A stretch of 64,000 nucleotides of DNA from Azolla caroliniana (taxonomy: Eukaryota > Plantae > Polypodiophyta): assembly GCA_043228905.1 (NCBI GenBank), contig JBHGNT010000002.1:28210001-28274000 (forward strand), written 5' to 3'. The position numbers were made by a program, and so were the translations under genes. Numbering within the stretch: position 1 is the first letter of the stretch; every line of letters begins with the position of its first letter. The notes below the pieces were generated by a model, which worked only from the letters and a program-made list of their open reading frames with translations, did not search any database and was not told the origin of the DNA. Below are positions 1 through 12,699 of the stretch, in pieces.

Positions 1-3000
1 TGTTTTATATGTATGCATTGTGGGCAATTAGGGAAAGATTGTCCTCGGAAAAGTTTTCGATCAGAGGAGGCCTCTAAATCGACTTCCAAGGTGGGGAGAT
101 CCAATTGGACTCCAATAACATCTAAGCATAGTTTTAAACATTTTAACTCACCGGTCAATTCTATAGTTTTGTTTGATTGTAATCCGTACAATACTTTGAA
201 TAGCGATGAAGGTAGGAATATCTCCTCCCAAAATATTGTAAGGGAAAAGAATAAACTTGTTGAAATACAGAGTCCAACAACCTCGAAGCAAGATCAGGAA
301 GTCGTAATGATTAAAGAAAGTAAGGATAACCATCATAAGTTTGAGGGTTCGTCTATTGGGCAATCTAAAGGTAATCAATTGGGGGATAAACCCTAAACCC
401 TAAACCTGGAGCCTCAGGACAAGGGGCTACAAGCTGACTGTTCGGGGGTTGCCATGGATTGTGAAAAACAATTACCTTTAGTAATTTATGAGGAGGATCC
501 ATCAAAATAAAAACCTCTCTCGCCATTAAAAACGATGGTTTCCCAAGGCATTAATGATTTTTCCTTTTCGGCAGTAACTCTAGTTCCAGAGGATAATTCT
601 ACATTGGAAAAAGTTATGCCAGTTCGTGCACATAAATATTCTGGTAAAGATATGATGACAATGAGAAGACAATTACGAGTTGCTGATGAAGGAAAACGTA
701 GAGTAGTTTTGGCAGGAAAAATGACACTTTCATAACACCAACTTTTTAATAATGGACGTTTTAAATTTAATCTCATGGAATGTGCAGGGATTAGGAGGTA
801 GTCGGTTTCGAAGAATGAGAGGGGGTTTTAGACAGGAGCTGAAAAAGCCTTATGTAGGTCCAATAGATGTGCTCATTATTTAGGAGCATCATTTAGGGGA
901 ACAACGTCTCTTAAGATATGGGAACCTTCTCCTTGGGAGGTGGCAACATTTTTGGTTGCCGGCTTTTGGACCGAATGATACTCAGGGGGTTTTATGTATT
1001 GCGGTTTCACATGTAAGTACGTTAGGATCATTACCAAATAAAAGAGCACAATATGTTGTTTTTCAAATAAGCGAGATTAAGTGGGGTTTGCTTAATCTTT
1101 ATGCGCCAAATTCAGAGGTAGCGAGGTCTCGTTTTTTGACTGAATTTTTTCACAAATACCTTAGATTGACCATTGGGCATTAGTTGGGGATTTTAATATG
1201 TTAGAGGATGTGTAAGACAAGCAAGGTGGTAGTTTACGCATTATCTCTGGATCAGAATTTAGGGAGTGGGAAAGACTAGTATGTATGTCACTACGTTTGG
1301 TTGATCTTTGGTTAGTGCAATCCTTTAGTAGATTGCCGGAGATTGGCAGGTGTCAACCTTTCTCGTTTGGATAGGTTTTATGGGGATGCTTTTATGTGGA
1401 ATAGAGGTGATCAATTAGGAATCATACTTGGTTGTTCTTTTTCTAATCATTCACCTCTTAAGTTAAAATTCTTTTTATCATCGACAAAAAGGGCTAGTAG
1501 ATTTAGAATCCCTAATTCCGTTTTTCTTAGAGAAGATTGTAAAGATTTTTTTCAAAGTATTTGGTCTCGTTATCATTATGATGTGGATGTTATCTTGATT
1601 AATGTGGTACATGTGTTGAAGGAAATTCAAGATTTTTTTCAAAGTAAAGCAAAAGCTTTGTACCTTGATTATGATTCCAAGATTGGAAGATATAAGCGAG
1701 CTTTGACAGCACTACAACATTTGCAACAAAGGTGGCCTAGGTCGGTAGATTTAGCCGCGAGAATTATTGAAGTTGGGAAAACAGTTATTGATATACAATT
1801 GCAGAAGTCAAATTTTTGGTATCATAAATCCTTTGCAAGATGGATTAGACAAGCTGATATGGTTTGTAAAGAGTTTTTTCAACCTCATCGTATTAAATCA
1901 AATAAGTCTCAACCGACAAGTATTAGACGAGTTGATGGATCTTTTACATTGGATGTGGTAGAGATGAGGGACATAGCATCAACTTTTTATAGTCATTTGT
2001 TGACAACATCTCCAATTTCAAGAAATAATTTGATTAAGAGGGATTTTGTGTGGGGTTCGATCTCTAATCGAGTTTCATTTGAAATGCAGATTGCTTTGCT
2101 TGGTTCATTGCAACCTTCAGAAGTTTTATTAGCAGCAAAGGCTTTAGGTAAGGATGTTTGTCCGAGTGTTGATGGGATGGGGGTCTCATGGTATATAGAG
2201 TATTGGGATCTGATTGGTAATGTTTTGACTTTTGCCTACCAACAAATTATTGATCATGGTTATATGCCTCAAGAATGGACAGAAGGCCTAATATATTTGA
2301 TTCCGAGGGGGGATGGCCCTCTAGATGATATTCGAAAATGGAGGCCTTATAACACTACTTAATGTTGTATATAAGATTTTAGCTAAAACAATAGCAAGGA
2401 GGGTGCAACTTGTTTTACCTCAACTTATTCATGATTCGCAGATGGGTTTTGTTCAAGAGAGAAGTATTTTTTATAACATTTTTTTGTTTTGGGAAATGGT
2501 GGCTATTGTAGAGCAACAACAACAGGAATTGGCTATTTTGTTTTTAGATTTCAAGAAGGCTTATGATAGAGTGGATTGAGATTTCATGGAAGAGACATTA
2601 ATGCGAATGGGCTTTCCAATGCAATGGATTAGAGCTATCACAGCTTTGTATAGGACTGCTCATAGTTCTCTTTTCTTTGCAGGCGATGTTGGCTGTAGAT
2701 TTTCAATTTCGCGATCAGTAAGACAAGGGTGTCCGTTGGCTCCCTTTCTGTTTATTTTAGTCTCTGAAGCTTTTCCTAATTACCTTAGGAGTAGGAGTTT
2801 CAATATTCATGGTATAGCCTTACCTATACACGGATATGCAACTACGGTTGTTGTTTACTAATAACTCTGGTTGTGTTTTAGGTATTCGGCCACATTTATC
2901 GTGGGGGAAAATGGACTTAGGACCAACTTTAAGTGTGGCTGATTGGGAACGGTTTCAATTTCTCTCAAATGAGGAGAAACAACAACTCTTGTCTTCATTA

Positions 3001-4245
3001 CGTAGGGGATGTTTGATGTCCATTCACATTCAACAGGCTTTTCGGAATTGTCAAAGGCAAATTAGCTTACATAATAATTATACATGGTATGGTATTTTCT
3101 CTCCTTTGGGCATTTTATTAGGTGTCAGGGCATACACTAATGAGGGTAGAATAAGATTTTATGAGGTTGGAGATGTTGGTTTTTTATATTTAGTGGAAGA
3201 AGAAGCTGAAGTTATGCAACTAGCCTCCCAAAAACCCATTAGGGTCATTGCTAGGTTAGACAAGAAGATTTTCCTCGATCCTAACCCTTTTTTGACAGAC
3301 CATGCACGACAACTGTGGGCATTTCAAAGTAAGCCGGTGGAACAATTGAATTGGGATCCGGTTGATTATGTAGGGTTGCTGGTTGGAAGGTCCTCAATAA
3401 ATGAACAAGAATGTAGGACTATTCCTTTTTTCCAGTATTCTGTGGCGTATGGGAGATGCTTCTTGTTGCATCGGCATTGCATAAGTCTTGTTGGACAAAA
3501 GTATTGGGAGTTAGGTGCAATATTGTCTCAATATTTGGCAGCTTGCTGAAAAAGTTTATGGGCTCTACCATGTCTGCGGAGAGCCATTTCTTTTAAGTGG
3601 TTATTACTTCATTATGCTTTACTTGTAGGTTTCCATCGAAAAGGATAGGTTGATGATCGTCACTATGTGTGTTGCCAATTACAAGCAGAAACTTTGAAAC
3701 ATTTGTTCTGGACTTGTATTGCAGCTTGAAAATATTGGGGAAGAATATTGAGAATGTTTTAGTGTAAATATAGAGCGATTTTTACACGAGGAGCGGTTTT
3801 TTGGGGGTCTTTAGATGTGCATGTATCCATGTACGAAGGGGAACAATGTGTGGAAGCATTGCGTGTATCGGAGAATAGAACTGAAGCGGTTTGCCCGAAC
3901 ATTGTGGGTGGTAAATATTTTAAAAAGTCTTTTGTTTGGAATATTGTTTCGATTAATGATTTATGGATGTGGTGGAAGTGTTGGTACAGCAAGAAATATG
4001 AAGGTATCGAGTATAATGTGGTGGATATGATAAAGATGTTCTAGGACAACTTGGTACACACAGTTAAGGAAGAGTATGATAATATCAAAGGAACAACAGA
4101 AAAGGTGCATAAGAAAAGAAGGAAAATTCGTCAAATATGGTGGCCAATACCTCTATGGCCGGATGGGATACATGAAAATAGTTGGAATTGTATGCCCCCA
4201 CGATGCTTGTTTCCTCCGCCTAGTCCTTTCTTATTTCATTCTTAA
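1..4245 (+). mobile_element. Degenerate non-LTR retrotransposon (L1/Tx1-type LINE), 5' end outside the window
   Basis: Decayed zinc knuckle CFICxxxxQxxxxC at 1-45 (ORF1 end). ORF2 from ATG 752 has APE endonuclease motifs (SWNVQG, GDFN ~1187-1198, SRLDRF, SNHSP) and RT motifs (KWRPITLLN, LDFKKAYDRV, RQGCPLAP). C-terminal CxxC...ETLKHLFWTC at ~3660-3720. Many stops and frameshifts. Confidence 0.9.
752..4245 (+). pseudogene. LINE ORF2 (endonuclease-reverse transcriptase), fragmented and internally deleted
   Basis: ORF pieces 956-1183, 1343-2362, 2325-2579, 2586-2861, 2836-3549, 3817-4245. The RT catalytic xADD motif is not found after 2861. Confidence 0.85.
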
Positions 4246-4499
4246 GTTGGGATGAAATATATTTCCTTCTCATAAGAATTTTGAATTTTTAGTGTTTGAG
4301 AAGGAAGTTGATATGTTGGTGATCATCAGCGATGGCCAGATGAATGATGTGGATTAGAGGAAGTTCATTTTCTGTTTTTTGTAAGGATGATTGATGATGT
4401 TGTAGGGGGCTGAAGCTGATATCATGAGAAGGATGTTGGCATGCATCGACGAGAGGGCAAGATGGTCGGCGTCATCGACATGTTGATGTGGTTTGAATG

Positions 4500-4892
4500 A
4501 AGAAGACTTTAGGTTTCTCACTACAATGACTGATGATGGTGTGGCGGTATGGATTGAAGCATAGTAATATGACGAGAGGATGAGTGATGATGGTGTGGGG
4601 GCCGAAGTAGATCATGAGGGGAGGAGGAAATACTCTAGATTAATTTTGTTGTTATTTAGACATGAACTTGGCAATATTCGTCGAGATGGTTAATGTGGAC
4701 TGAATGAAGAATTTTTAGTGATAAGGATGAGTGAAGATGGTGTGGGGGTAGAAGCATTTTTGCTTGAGGTGATGCAGTTACTATATCATTTTGTTGTCAT
4801 AGGTACATCGTTTGGGAGATTTCCGTCATCGACATGGCTAATGTTATAAGGACAACTTTGCGTGGGGAAACCGTCCTTACAGATGAATATGG
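4500..4892. repeat. ~540-bp tandem repeat array, copy 1 (continues at 10219 after C1)
   Basis: Shares ttaggtttctcactac...gatggtgtg...gtcatcgacatggctaatgttataaggacaactttgc with the copies at 10.2-12.2 kb, 17.0-17.4 kb and 32.35-32.5 kb. Confidence 0.85.
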
Positions 4893-5496
4893 TGTAGAGT
4901 AATCGACGCTCCGATTAACCTTCACCACTCGGCCACAACCGAGTAAGCACGAATCAATGCAGCAGAAAATAGGAACCACAGAGAAAGAACACGAATACAC
5001 AGGGATTAACGTGGAAAACCCTAGACGGGAAAAACCACGGGAGTACAAGACTCCAAACCAAACACTATGCACAGAGAAATATACAATGGCGAGCTGCAAG
5101 GCGACGACCTTGAGCTCGTTGTCCTCGCCACAGGCGGCGGAAATACACAGAGGCGTCGACCTCCTCCTCTCTCATGCTCTATCTCTCTCACGGCTGCTCT
5201 CTCTTCACTCCTCTTGAGTGGAAAAACAGAAAAATAAGAAGCAACGTTAAAACTGTTTGCCCTAAGTCATATTTATACACATATGACTTTGGGGCTATTT
5301 ACAACTATAGCCTCAAGGGCCCTTGGCGAACATATTCACAGATATGTCCCCACATCCGGATCTCGCTCCGGGTACATTCGTCATCCGGCTTCGAAGCCGG
5401 GGTCTTCATCATCCGGTTCCGAAACCGAAACCGGGCTTGTCGGCATTCATCTCCGATATCCGACCATCCCATCCGAAAGGGACCGTAATCCCAACA
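4893..5496 (-). repeat. C1 3' LTR
   Basis: Direct repeat of 9610-10213 with about 5 substitutions seen. Adjacent PPT 5497-5510 (minus strand gtgaagggggagtt). Confidence 0.95.
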
Positions 5497-5506
5497 AACT
5501 CCCCCT

Positions 5507-8500
5507 TCACTTCGGCATGGGATGTCTCTCCAATCCGATCCTCTTCCGGCATGCTTCCAGCTTGTCGGGTGTGAGCACCTTGGTCAGCATATCCGACCCG
5601 TTCTCGTCCGTGTGGACCTTCGTCAGCACGAACTCCTTGTCTTCTATCCTTTCCCGGATCCAGTGATATCTTCGCTGGATGTGCTTCGTCCGGGAGTGAT
5701 AGGCCGCGTTCTTCGCAAGGTGGATTGCACTCTGACTGTCGCAGTAGAGTCGGTACTCCTCCTGTCGGATACCGAGCTCTCTAATGAAGTCCTTCATCCA
5801 TATTATTTCCTTGCCGGCTTCAACAGCCGCCATGTACTCCGCCTCCGTAGTTGACAACGCAACCGTCTTCTGGAGCCTCGACTGCCATGAAACCGCTCCC
5901 CCTGCATACGTCATCACATACCCTGATGTGGACCGGCTGGTATCTGCATCAGCCGACATATCCGAATCGGTAAAGCCGTCGAGTTCGGGCTTACCGGAGC
6001 CGAATCGGAGGCACACGTTTGCCGTGCCCTTCAGGTATCGGAGTATCCACTTGGCCGCGTTCCAATGCTCTTTGCCGGGATTGCTCATGTACCGGCTCAC
6101 CACTCCGACTGCATATCCTATGTCCGGTCTCGTACACACCATGGCGTACATCAAGCTCCCGACGGCTGAGGCATACGGCACTTTCATCATATCCTCCTTT
6201 TCAGCCTTTGTCTTGGGACTTTGCTTGTTGGACAACTTGCAGTTTGCCGGGAGGGTCGATCCGACCGGTCTTGCTTCCGACATGTTGAACCGTTTAAGCA
6301 CCTTTGGCACGTACTTTTCCTGTGACAGCCACAACTGCTTCTTGCTCCGGTCCCGGATGATGTGCATCCCTAGTATTTGTCTCGCCGGATCCAAGTCCTT
6401 CATTGAGAAGGTTCGGTGAAGAGCCTTCTTCAGCATCCGTATCTTGACCTGGTCTCGTCCGACGATCAACATGTCGTCCACGTACAGGAGGAGTATTAGA
6501 AAGTCTCCTCCTTCGAACTTCTTCACAAACACACAGTGGTCGGACTGCGTTTTGAGGTACCCTTCGTCGGTCATGAAGGAGTCGAACTTCCGGTACCATT
6601 GCCGGGGAGCCTGCTTCAGTCCATAAAGGCTCTTCTTCAACCGGCATACCAGGTGCTCCTTCCCTTTCTTCTCGAATCCTTCCGGTTGCTGCATGTAGAT
6701 CTCTTCTTCGAGGTCACCGTGAAGGAATGTCGTCTTCACGTCCATCTGTTCTACCTCGAGGTCCATGCTTGCCGCTATGCTCAGCACCGTCCGGATGGAG
6801 GTCATCTTCACTACCGGGGCAAATATCTCGTCGAAGTCGACGCCCTTCTTTTGCTGAAACCCCTTCACCACGATCCTGGCTTTGTATCTCGGGGGGTTTC
6901 CGGCATCTCCCGGTTTCAGCTTGAACACCCACTTGTTTCGAAGTGCCCGCTTTCCTTTCGGCAACTCAACAAGTTCATATGTGTGGTTCTCATGCAGGGA
7001 ATCCATCTCATCCTGCATGGCACTCAACCACCTGCGGCTCTGGGTGTCATGCTTTGCTTCTTCAAAGCTCTCCGGCTCCCCCTCGTCGGTTAGCAACAGG
7101 TGCTCTGGTTCCGGAAATCTCCGGGGGGGCCTTCTCTCTCTTAGAGGATATCTCCGTTCCGGAGCTTCGGTGACCGGTTCTTCCGATTCTTCTTCATCCG
7201 AATCCATTTCGGGATCGGGGCCGGTTCCGGTATCACTTTCATCTTCTTCGGCCGGTTCTGTTTCTTCACCGTCTTCGGCCGGATCCTCGAGTGCTAACCG
7301 GTCCCTTGCCGGTCGGGACTGCTCCTCGTAGGGTTGATCCTCACCGGTCGACTTGGACCTCTTCATCTTCTTCTCCGACTCCCAGTCAGCGAGTGTCTTG
7401 TTCTCCATGAAGATGATATCACGACTCTGGAATATCTTCTTGTCGACCGGGTCCCATACTCGGTAGCCGAACTCGTCATCGCCGTAACCGAGGAATATGC
7501 ATGGCCGGGTCTTTGGATCTAGCTTTCCTCTCCGGTCCTTTGCCACATGCACGTATGCGAGACACCCGAACACCTTCAGATGCCGGTAGGATACTTCCCT
7601 ACCGGTCCACACTCTCTGCGGCGTGTCTCCGTCCAAAGGTACTGAGGGTGATCGGTTTATCACATATGTCGCCGTCGACATTGCCTCAGCCCAAAACCCC
7701 TTGGGTAATTTCGCATGCGCCAGCATACTCCGGACCCTCTCCATTATGGTCCGGTTCATCCTCTTGGCCAGCCCGTTCAGTTCCGGCGTCTTCGGCACAG
7801 TAAACTCGAGCCGGATTCCCTTCGAGCGACAGTACTCCTGGAACTGTCCCCGGTATTCCCCTCCGTTATCCGCTCGTATCGCTTTCAGCTTCTTGCCGGA
7901 TTCTCTTTCCACTCTCGCGTGGAGTTCTTTGAAGACGGACAACACTTGGTCCTTTGTCTTCATCGGTGCCGTCCACAGTCTTCGGCTATGATCATCTATG
8001 AATGTTACGAAGTACTGGGCTCCGCCATGTGACTTCGTTTCTACCTGACACACATCGGTGTGCACCAACTCCAATGGTGCGCTACGTCTCGTCGGTGGCC
8101 TTGAGTGGAAGGAGGTTCGGTTCTGCTTACCGGCCAGGCAATCGGTGCACTTCTCCAGGTGCACATGCTTCACTGGAATAAGGTTGTCTTCTGCAAGCCT
8201 CTTCATCCCCTTCTCACTCATGTGGCACAGTCTTTTGTGCCACAGCTCACCGGCAGTGTCGGCTGCCACATTCAGCTCTTCCGGACATAACCGGGCATTC
8301 ATCAGGTACAGTGTGTTGACTTTTCGGGCCCGAGCCACTATCAAGCTCCCCTTGCTGAACTTCATTACGCCGTTCCGGATGCTACCAGTGTAGCCTTCAT
8401 CGTCTAGCCTCCCGGCCGAAATCAGGTTCAATCGAACCTCCGGAACGTGTCGAACATCCTTCAGCAGCATTTTGCATCCGGTCGGGGTTGTCAACCACAC

Positions 8501-9580
8501 GTCTCCTATGCCGGCAATCCGGCACGTACCTTCATTTCCCATCCGAACACAGCCATGCTCACCGGCTGTGTAGGATGAGAAGTATCTTCTTTCCGGGGTC
8601 AGGTGGAACGACGCTCCGGAATCGACCACCCAGGTCGTCTCATCGCCGGCAATGTTTAGCTCACCTTCTTCGGTGATGAGCATGATTTCTTCCTCACTTG
8701 CCGCGAGTGCCGTCGTTCCTTTCCTGTCCTGCCCTCGCCGATCCGAACCATTCCGGTCCGTGGCTCCCCGGTAAGCACCGTTCCGTTCCGAAGACTTCTT
8801 CGAATCGGTGTCGTCGGCTCCGTTGTCTTTTCGGTAATGCCGACAATTCTTTCGGAAGTGCCCCGGCTTCCCACAGTGGAAGCATGTGGGCCTTCCTGTT
8901 GACTGCGACCGGGTCCCCGACTTCTCCCGTCTTTGCGGACTCCGGTTCCGTTGTCTTCGCCGATCCGATTCGGTAAACAACATCTTCGGATCGGAGGCCG
9001 GTTCTTTATCTCTCCGACGCGCTTCTTCGTTCAAAATACTTGTCTTTACGGTTTGTAGGGACAAGTTATCTTCGGTGCAGGAGGTGCTGAGAGTCACCAC
9101 CAAGTTCTCCCAGCTTTCCGGCAATGTACACATCAGGATGATGGCTTGCATTGCATCCTCCAACGGGAACTTGATCGCCGCAAGCTGGTTCACGAATCCC
9201 ATGAACGTGCTTACGTGTTCCACCATACTCTCGCCGTCCCGGTACTTGAGGTTCACTATCTTCCTCATCAGGGAGGTCCGGTTCAACGCATTCTTCCTCT
9301 CGTAGAGGCCCGACAGCTTCCGCCACATCTCATATGCGTTGGTGTCGTTCGCCACATGTTGTAGAACGCTCACGTCTACGTATTGCCGAATGGTTGCTAC
9401 GGCTTTCCGGTTCAGAAGCCTCCATTCCGACTCAAGTACCCCCTTCGGTATTTCCGACCTGTCGATCGGTTCGTACAGGTTCCGAACAATCAGAAGATCC
9501 TCCATCTTGATCTTCCAGTCGGCGTAATTCTGCGCATTCAGCACCATCATCCCCGGCTGCCCGCTGCCGCCGCCTTCCAT
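5507..9580 (-). CDS. Copia Gag-Pol polyprotein (1357 aa): gag, CCHC knuckle, protease, integrase, RT, RNase H
   Basis: CFHCGKPGHFRKNC, WVVDSGAS, WHKRLCH/CTDC, HTDVC..ADNGGE, LYVDDML, DSD..TEAEY..CDSQ. The integrase catalytic Glu is replaced (NGLAKRMN). Confidence 0.93.
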   Translation of the reverse strand: MEGGGSGQPGMMVLNAQNYADWKIKMEDLLIVRNLYEPIDRSEIPKGVLESEWRLLNRKAVATIRQYVDVSVLQHVANDTNAYEMWRKLSGLYERKNALNRTSLMRKIVNLKYRDGESMVEHVSTFMGFVNQLAAIKFPLEDAMQAIILMCTLPESWENLVVTLSTSCTEDNLSLQTVKTSILNEEARRRDKEPASDPKMLFTESDRRRQRNRSPQRREKSGTRSQSTGRPTCFHCGKPGHFRKNCRHYRKDNGADDTDSKKSSERNGAYRGATDRNGSDRRGQDRKGTTALAASEEEIMLITEEGELNIAGDETTWVVDSGASFHLTPERRYFSSYTAGEHGCVRMGNEGTCRIAGIGDVWLTTPTGCKMLLKDVRHVPEVRLNLISAGRLDDEGYTGSIRNGVMKFSKGSLIVARARKVNTLYLMNARLCPEELNVAADTAGELWHKRLCHMSEKGMKRLAEDNLIPVKHVHLEKCTDCLAGKQNRTSFHSRPPTRRSAPLELVHTDVCQVETKSHGGAQYFVTFIDDHSRRLWTAPMKTKDQVLSVFKELHARVERESGKKLKAIRADNGGEYRGQFQEYCRSKGIRLEFTVPKTPELNGLAKRMNRTIMERVRSMLAHAKLPKGFWAEAMSTATYVINRSPSVPLDGDTPQRVWTGREVSYRHLKVFGCLAYVHVAKDRRGKLDPKTRPCIFLGYGDDEFGYRVWDPVDKKIFQSRDIIFMENKTLADWESEKKMKRSKSTGEDQPYEEQSRPARDRLALEDPAEDGEETEPAEEDESDTGTGPDPEMDSDEEESEEPVTEAPERRYPLRERRPPRRFPEPEHLLLTDEGEPESFEEAKHDTQSRRWLSAMQDEMDSLHENHTYELVELPKGKRALRNKWVFKLKPGDAGNPPRYKARIVVKGFQQKKGVDFDEIFAPVVKMTSIRTVLSIAASMDLEVEQMDVKTTFLHGDLEEEIYMQQPEGFEKKGKEHLVCRLKKSLYGLKQAPRQWYRKFDSFMTDEGYLKTQSDHCVFVKKFEGGDFLILLLYVDDMLIVGRDQVKIRMLKKALHRTFSMKDLDPARQILGMHIIRDRSKKQLWLSQEKYVPKVLKRFNMSEARPVGSTLPANCKLSNKQSPKTKAEKEDMMKVPYASAVGSLMYAMVCTRPDIGYAVGVVSRYMSNPGKEHWNAAKWILRYLKGTANVCLRFGSGKPELDGFTDSDMSADADTSRSTSGYVMTYAGGAVSWQSRLQKTVALSTTEAEYMAAVEAGKEIIWMKDFIRELGIRQEEYRLYCDSQSAIHLAKNAAYHSRTKHIQRRYHWIRERIEDKEFVLTKVHTDENGSDMLTKVLTPDKLEACRKRIGLERHPMPK

Positions 9581-9594
9581 TTTCTGCAACAGTC

Positions 9595-9606
9595 GCTCTG
9601 ATACCA
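9595..9606 (-). other. C1 primer-binding site (tRNA-iMet)
   Basis: Minus strand TGGTATCAGAGC, 3 nt from the 5' LTR. Confidence 0.9.
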
Positions 9607-9609
9607 GTT

Positions 9610-10213
9610 TGTAGAGTAATCGACGCTCCGATTAACCTTCACCACTCGGCCACAACCGAGTAAGCACGAATCAATGCAGCAGAAAATAGGAACCACAGAG
9701 AAAGAACACGAATACACAGGGATTAACGTGGAAAACCCTAGACGGGAAAAACCACGGGAGTACAAGACTCCAAACCAAACACTATGCACAGAGAAATATA
9801 CAATGGCGAGCTGCAAGGCGACGACCTTGAGCTCGTTGTCCTCGCCACAGGCGGCGGAAATACACAGAGGCGTCGACCTCCTCCTCTCTCACGCTCTATC
9901 TCTCTCACAGCTGCTCTCTCTTCACTCCTCTTGAGTGGAAAAAAAGAAAAATAAGAAGCAACGTTAAAACTGTTTGCCCTAAGTCATATTTATACACATA
10001 TGACTTTGGGGCTATTTACAACTATAGCCTCAAGGGCCCTTGGCGAACATATTCACAGATATGTCCCCGCATCCGGATCTCGCTCCGGGTACATTCGTCA
10101 TCCGGCTCCGAAGCCGGGGTCTTCATCATCCGGTTCCGAAACCGAAACCGGGCTTGTCGGCATTCATCTCCGATATCCGACCATCCCATCCGAAAGGGAC
10201 CGTAATCCCAACA
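9610..10213 (-). repeat. C1 5' LTR
   Basis: Matches 4893-5496. Confidence 0.95.
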
Positions 10214-10218
10214 TATGG

Positions 10219-11491
10219 GGGGGGGGGGGGGGGAGTATAATACTTTGTCTAAATTTGTGGAAGAGATGATGATTTTAATGGAGGATGAAGCATTGCTAGG
10301 GAGTGAAAGGGAGAGTTGCTTATATGTTTATTAATGTTCAGATTTGGAGAGTGTTTTCCTCTTTTCTTTGTTATGTGGACTGAATGCAAAAGATTTTAGG
10401 TTTCTCACTACGATGACCGATGATGGTGTGGTAACAGGACGAGAGGATGAGTGATGATGGTGTGGGGGCCTAAGTAGATCATGAGGGAAGGAGGAAATAA
10501 TCTACATTCATTTTGTTGTTATTTATACAAGAACTTGGAGATATTCAGTGAGATGGTTGATGTGGACTGAATGAAGATTTTTTTGTTTTAAGGATGACTC
10601 AAGATGGTGTGTGGGCTGAAGCATTGTTTTTTGAGGTGATAAGGTTACTATAATGTCATTTTGTTGTGATAGGTACATCGTTTGGGAGATTTCCGTCATC
10701 GACATGGCTAATGTTATAAGGACAACTTTGCTTGGGGAAGTCGTCCTTATAGAGGGAAAAGGGGGGGGGGGGGAATGTATATATATACTTCGTCTAAATT
10801 TATGGAAGATATGAATGATTTTAATGGAGGATGAAGCATTTCTAGGGAGTGAAAGGGAGAATTGGTTATGTTTTTATTAATTTTCAAGTTTGGAGATTGT
10901 TTTCCTCTTTTCTTTGTTATGTGGACTGAATGAAGAAGATTTTAGGTTTCTCACTACGATGACCGATGATGGTGTGGTAACATGACGAGAGGATGAGTGA
11001 TGATGGTGTGGGGGCCAAAGCAGATCATGAGGGAAGGAGGAAATAGTCTACATTCATTTTGTTGTCATTTATACAAGAACTTGGCAATATTCGGCGAGAT
11101 GGTTGATGTGGGCTGAATGAAGAATTTTTGTGATAAGGATGACTCAAGATGGTGTGTGGGTCGAAGCATTGGTTTTTTTTTTAGGTGATGAGGTTACTAT
11201 AATATCAATTTGTTGTCATAAGTACATCATTTGGGCTGAATGAAGAATTTTTGTGATAAGGATGACTCAAGATGGTGTGGGGGTCGAAGCATTGGTTTTT
11301 TTTTTAGGTGATGAGGTTACTATAATATCAATTTGTTGTCATAAGTACATCATTTGGGCTGAATGAAGAATTTTTGTGATAAGGATGACTCAAGATGGTG
11401 TGTGGGTCGAAGCATTGGTTTTTTTTTTAGGTGATGAGGTTACTATAATATCAATTTGTTGTCATAAGTACATCATTTGGGAGATTTCCGT
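10219..11491. repeat. ~540-bp tandem repeat array, copies 2-3
   Basis: The unit polyG-(AT)n-cttcgtctaaattt...ggaggatgaagcatt... recurs at ~10219 and ~10761. Confidence 0.9.
11110..11478. repeat. 123-bp triplication inside tandem unit 3
   Basis: gggctgaatgaagaatttttg starts at 11110, 11233 and 11356. Copies are near-identical. Confidence 0.9.
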
Positions 11492-12056
11492 TGTCGTGAA
11501 GATTTTCGTCCATAGGCGAAAACCGGGGTGGAATAGGCAAATCGGTGGTGTGCACCATGTGCACACGTATATTAGGAAATGGTGTATAGAAATAAGAGGG
11601 GAAATTTTATCCCACATTGTAAGGTCCCTCCCTCCTTTGGCTATAAATGGAAGGGAGGGGTCACTTATGAAGGGGTTGCCTATTTTGAGAGAGAGAGGCA
11701 TACCACTTAGGTCGAGGGTTTCCTATTCGGTTTTAGGGTTTCGGTTAGGGTTTTCTTCTTGGGTTTCCTTTAGGGTTTTACTATACTTCGCTACTTGCTT
11801 ATTCTTCTAGGGTTTTTCTCATAGTCGTTTGGTGCGGCCATGGCGGCCACCATTGTTGTAATCATTCGCTTGTTTTTAATATAGCTTGTTGTGGATCTTG
11901 CTTCCATCTATTTTGGTCTATGCTTATGTGCTACTCTTCATCTTCTCATCCGGTGTTAAGCTTCCATTTCTCATATCTTATTCTTTCTCCTCTACTCCCT
12001 AGTCCAAGACCCCAGTGGTCCCGCCCTTCTACACGCACGCGCGTAACAATGCGACA
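11492..12056 (+). mobile_element. Solo LTR of the Gypsy group (related to G1/G2), 565 bp
   Basis: TGTCG...CGACA termini. 4-bp TSD CCGT (11488-11491 and 12057-12060). Starts TGTCGTGA like G1 and G2. Shares ccaagaccccagtggtcccgc with the 3' part of the G1 LTR. Confidence 0.88.
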
Positions 12057-12699
12057 CCGTCATCAACATGGCTGATGTTATAAGGACAACTTTGCTTGGC
12101 GAAGCCGTCCTTATAGAGGTAAAATGGGGGGGGAGGGGGAAATGTATTATATACTTCCTGTGAAATGTTACGTGTGGAAGCTATATGAAACACAGAATAC
12201 CGATAGAGAAAAACAGGTTTAATGGAGAGCTTAGGACACAATGTATGCGAGAGAGACAAAGAGGAAAAAAAACACAGAAAAACTAAATTCGAATAATGTG
12301 TAAACTCTGTACACAGGATGTGCTCAGAGAGCACTTTTATACAAGTCCATACAGACTGACAGAAGTACTGACACGTACTTCAATGCTCATTACTGAGGTC
12401 CTACACTAACTCCCAAATATATTCCCTCGCAGAATATATGTTCAACGGCCTCCCGGTTTCCGCACCGATCCGGTCTATTTTTGCGCACCGATTTGCGCAC
12501 CGATTTACGCACCGATACGGCCTAACCGATCGGTCCAAACCGATCTGGTTCTCGGCTTGCATAGCCGATCCGGCCATTGTTGACCTTGATCTCAACACTC
12601 CCCCTCAAGCTCAACTTGAGGCTCTTTCGGTCCTTCGCTCCGGTTTTTCTTGACATCACACCTCGCTCGCGCTCCTCGACCCGTTCGATTCCGCGCGCC

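Larger units (their letters stand above)
4893..10213 (-). mobile_element. Ty1/Copia LTR retrotransposon C1 (family A, Tnt1/TAR-like polyprotein), full length
   Basis: 604-bp LTRs at 4893-5496 and 9610-10213 (TG...CA). 5-bp TSD TATGG at 4888-4892 and 10214-10218. tRNA-iMet PBS and PPT present. Single long ORF. Confidence 0.97.

Noticed and set aside
5522-9527. Many antisense and alternate-frame ORFs over C1, C5 and G2
   Set aside because: Shadow ORFs of GC-rich coding sequence with no motifs. They recur only because C1 and C5 are near-identical.
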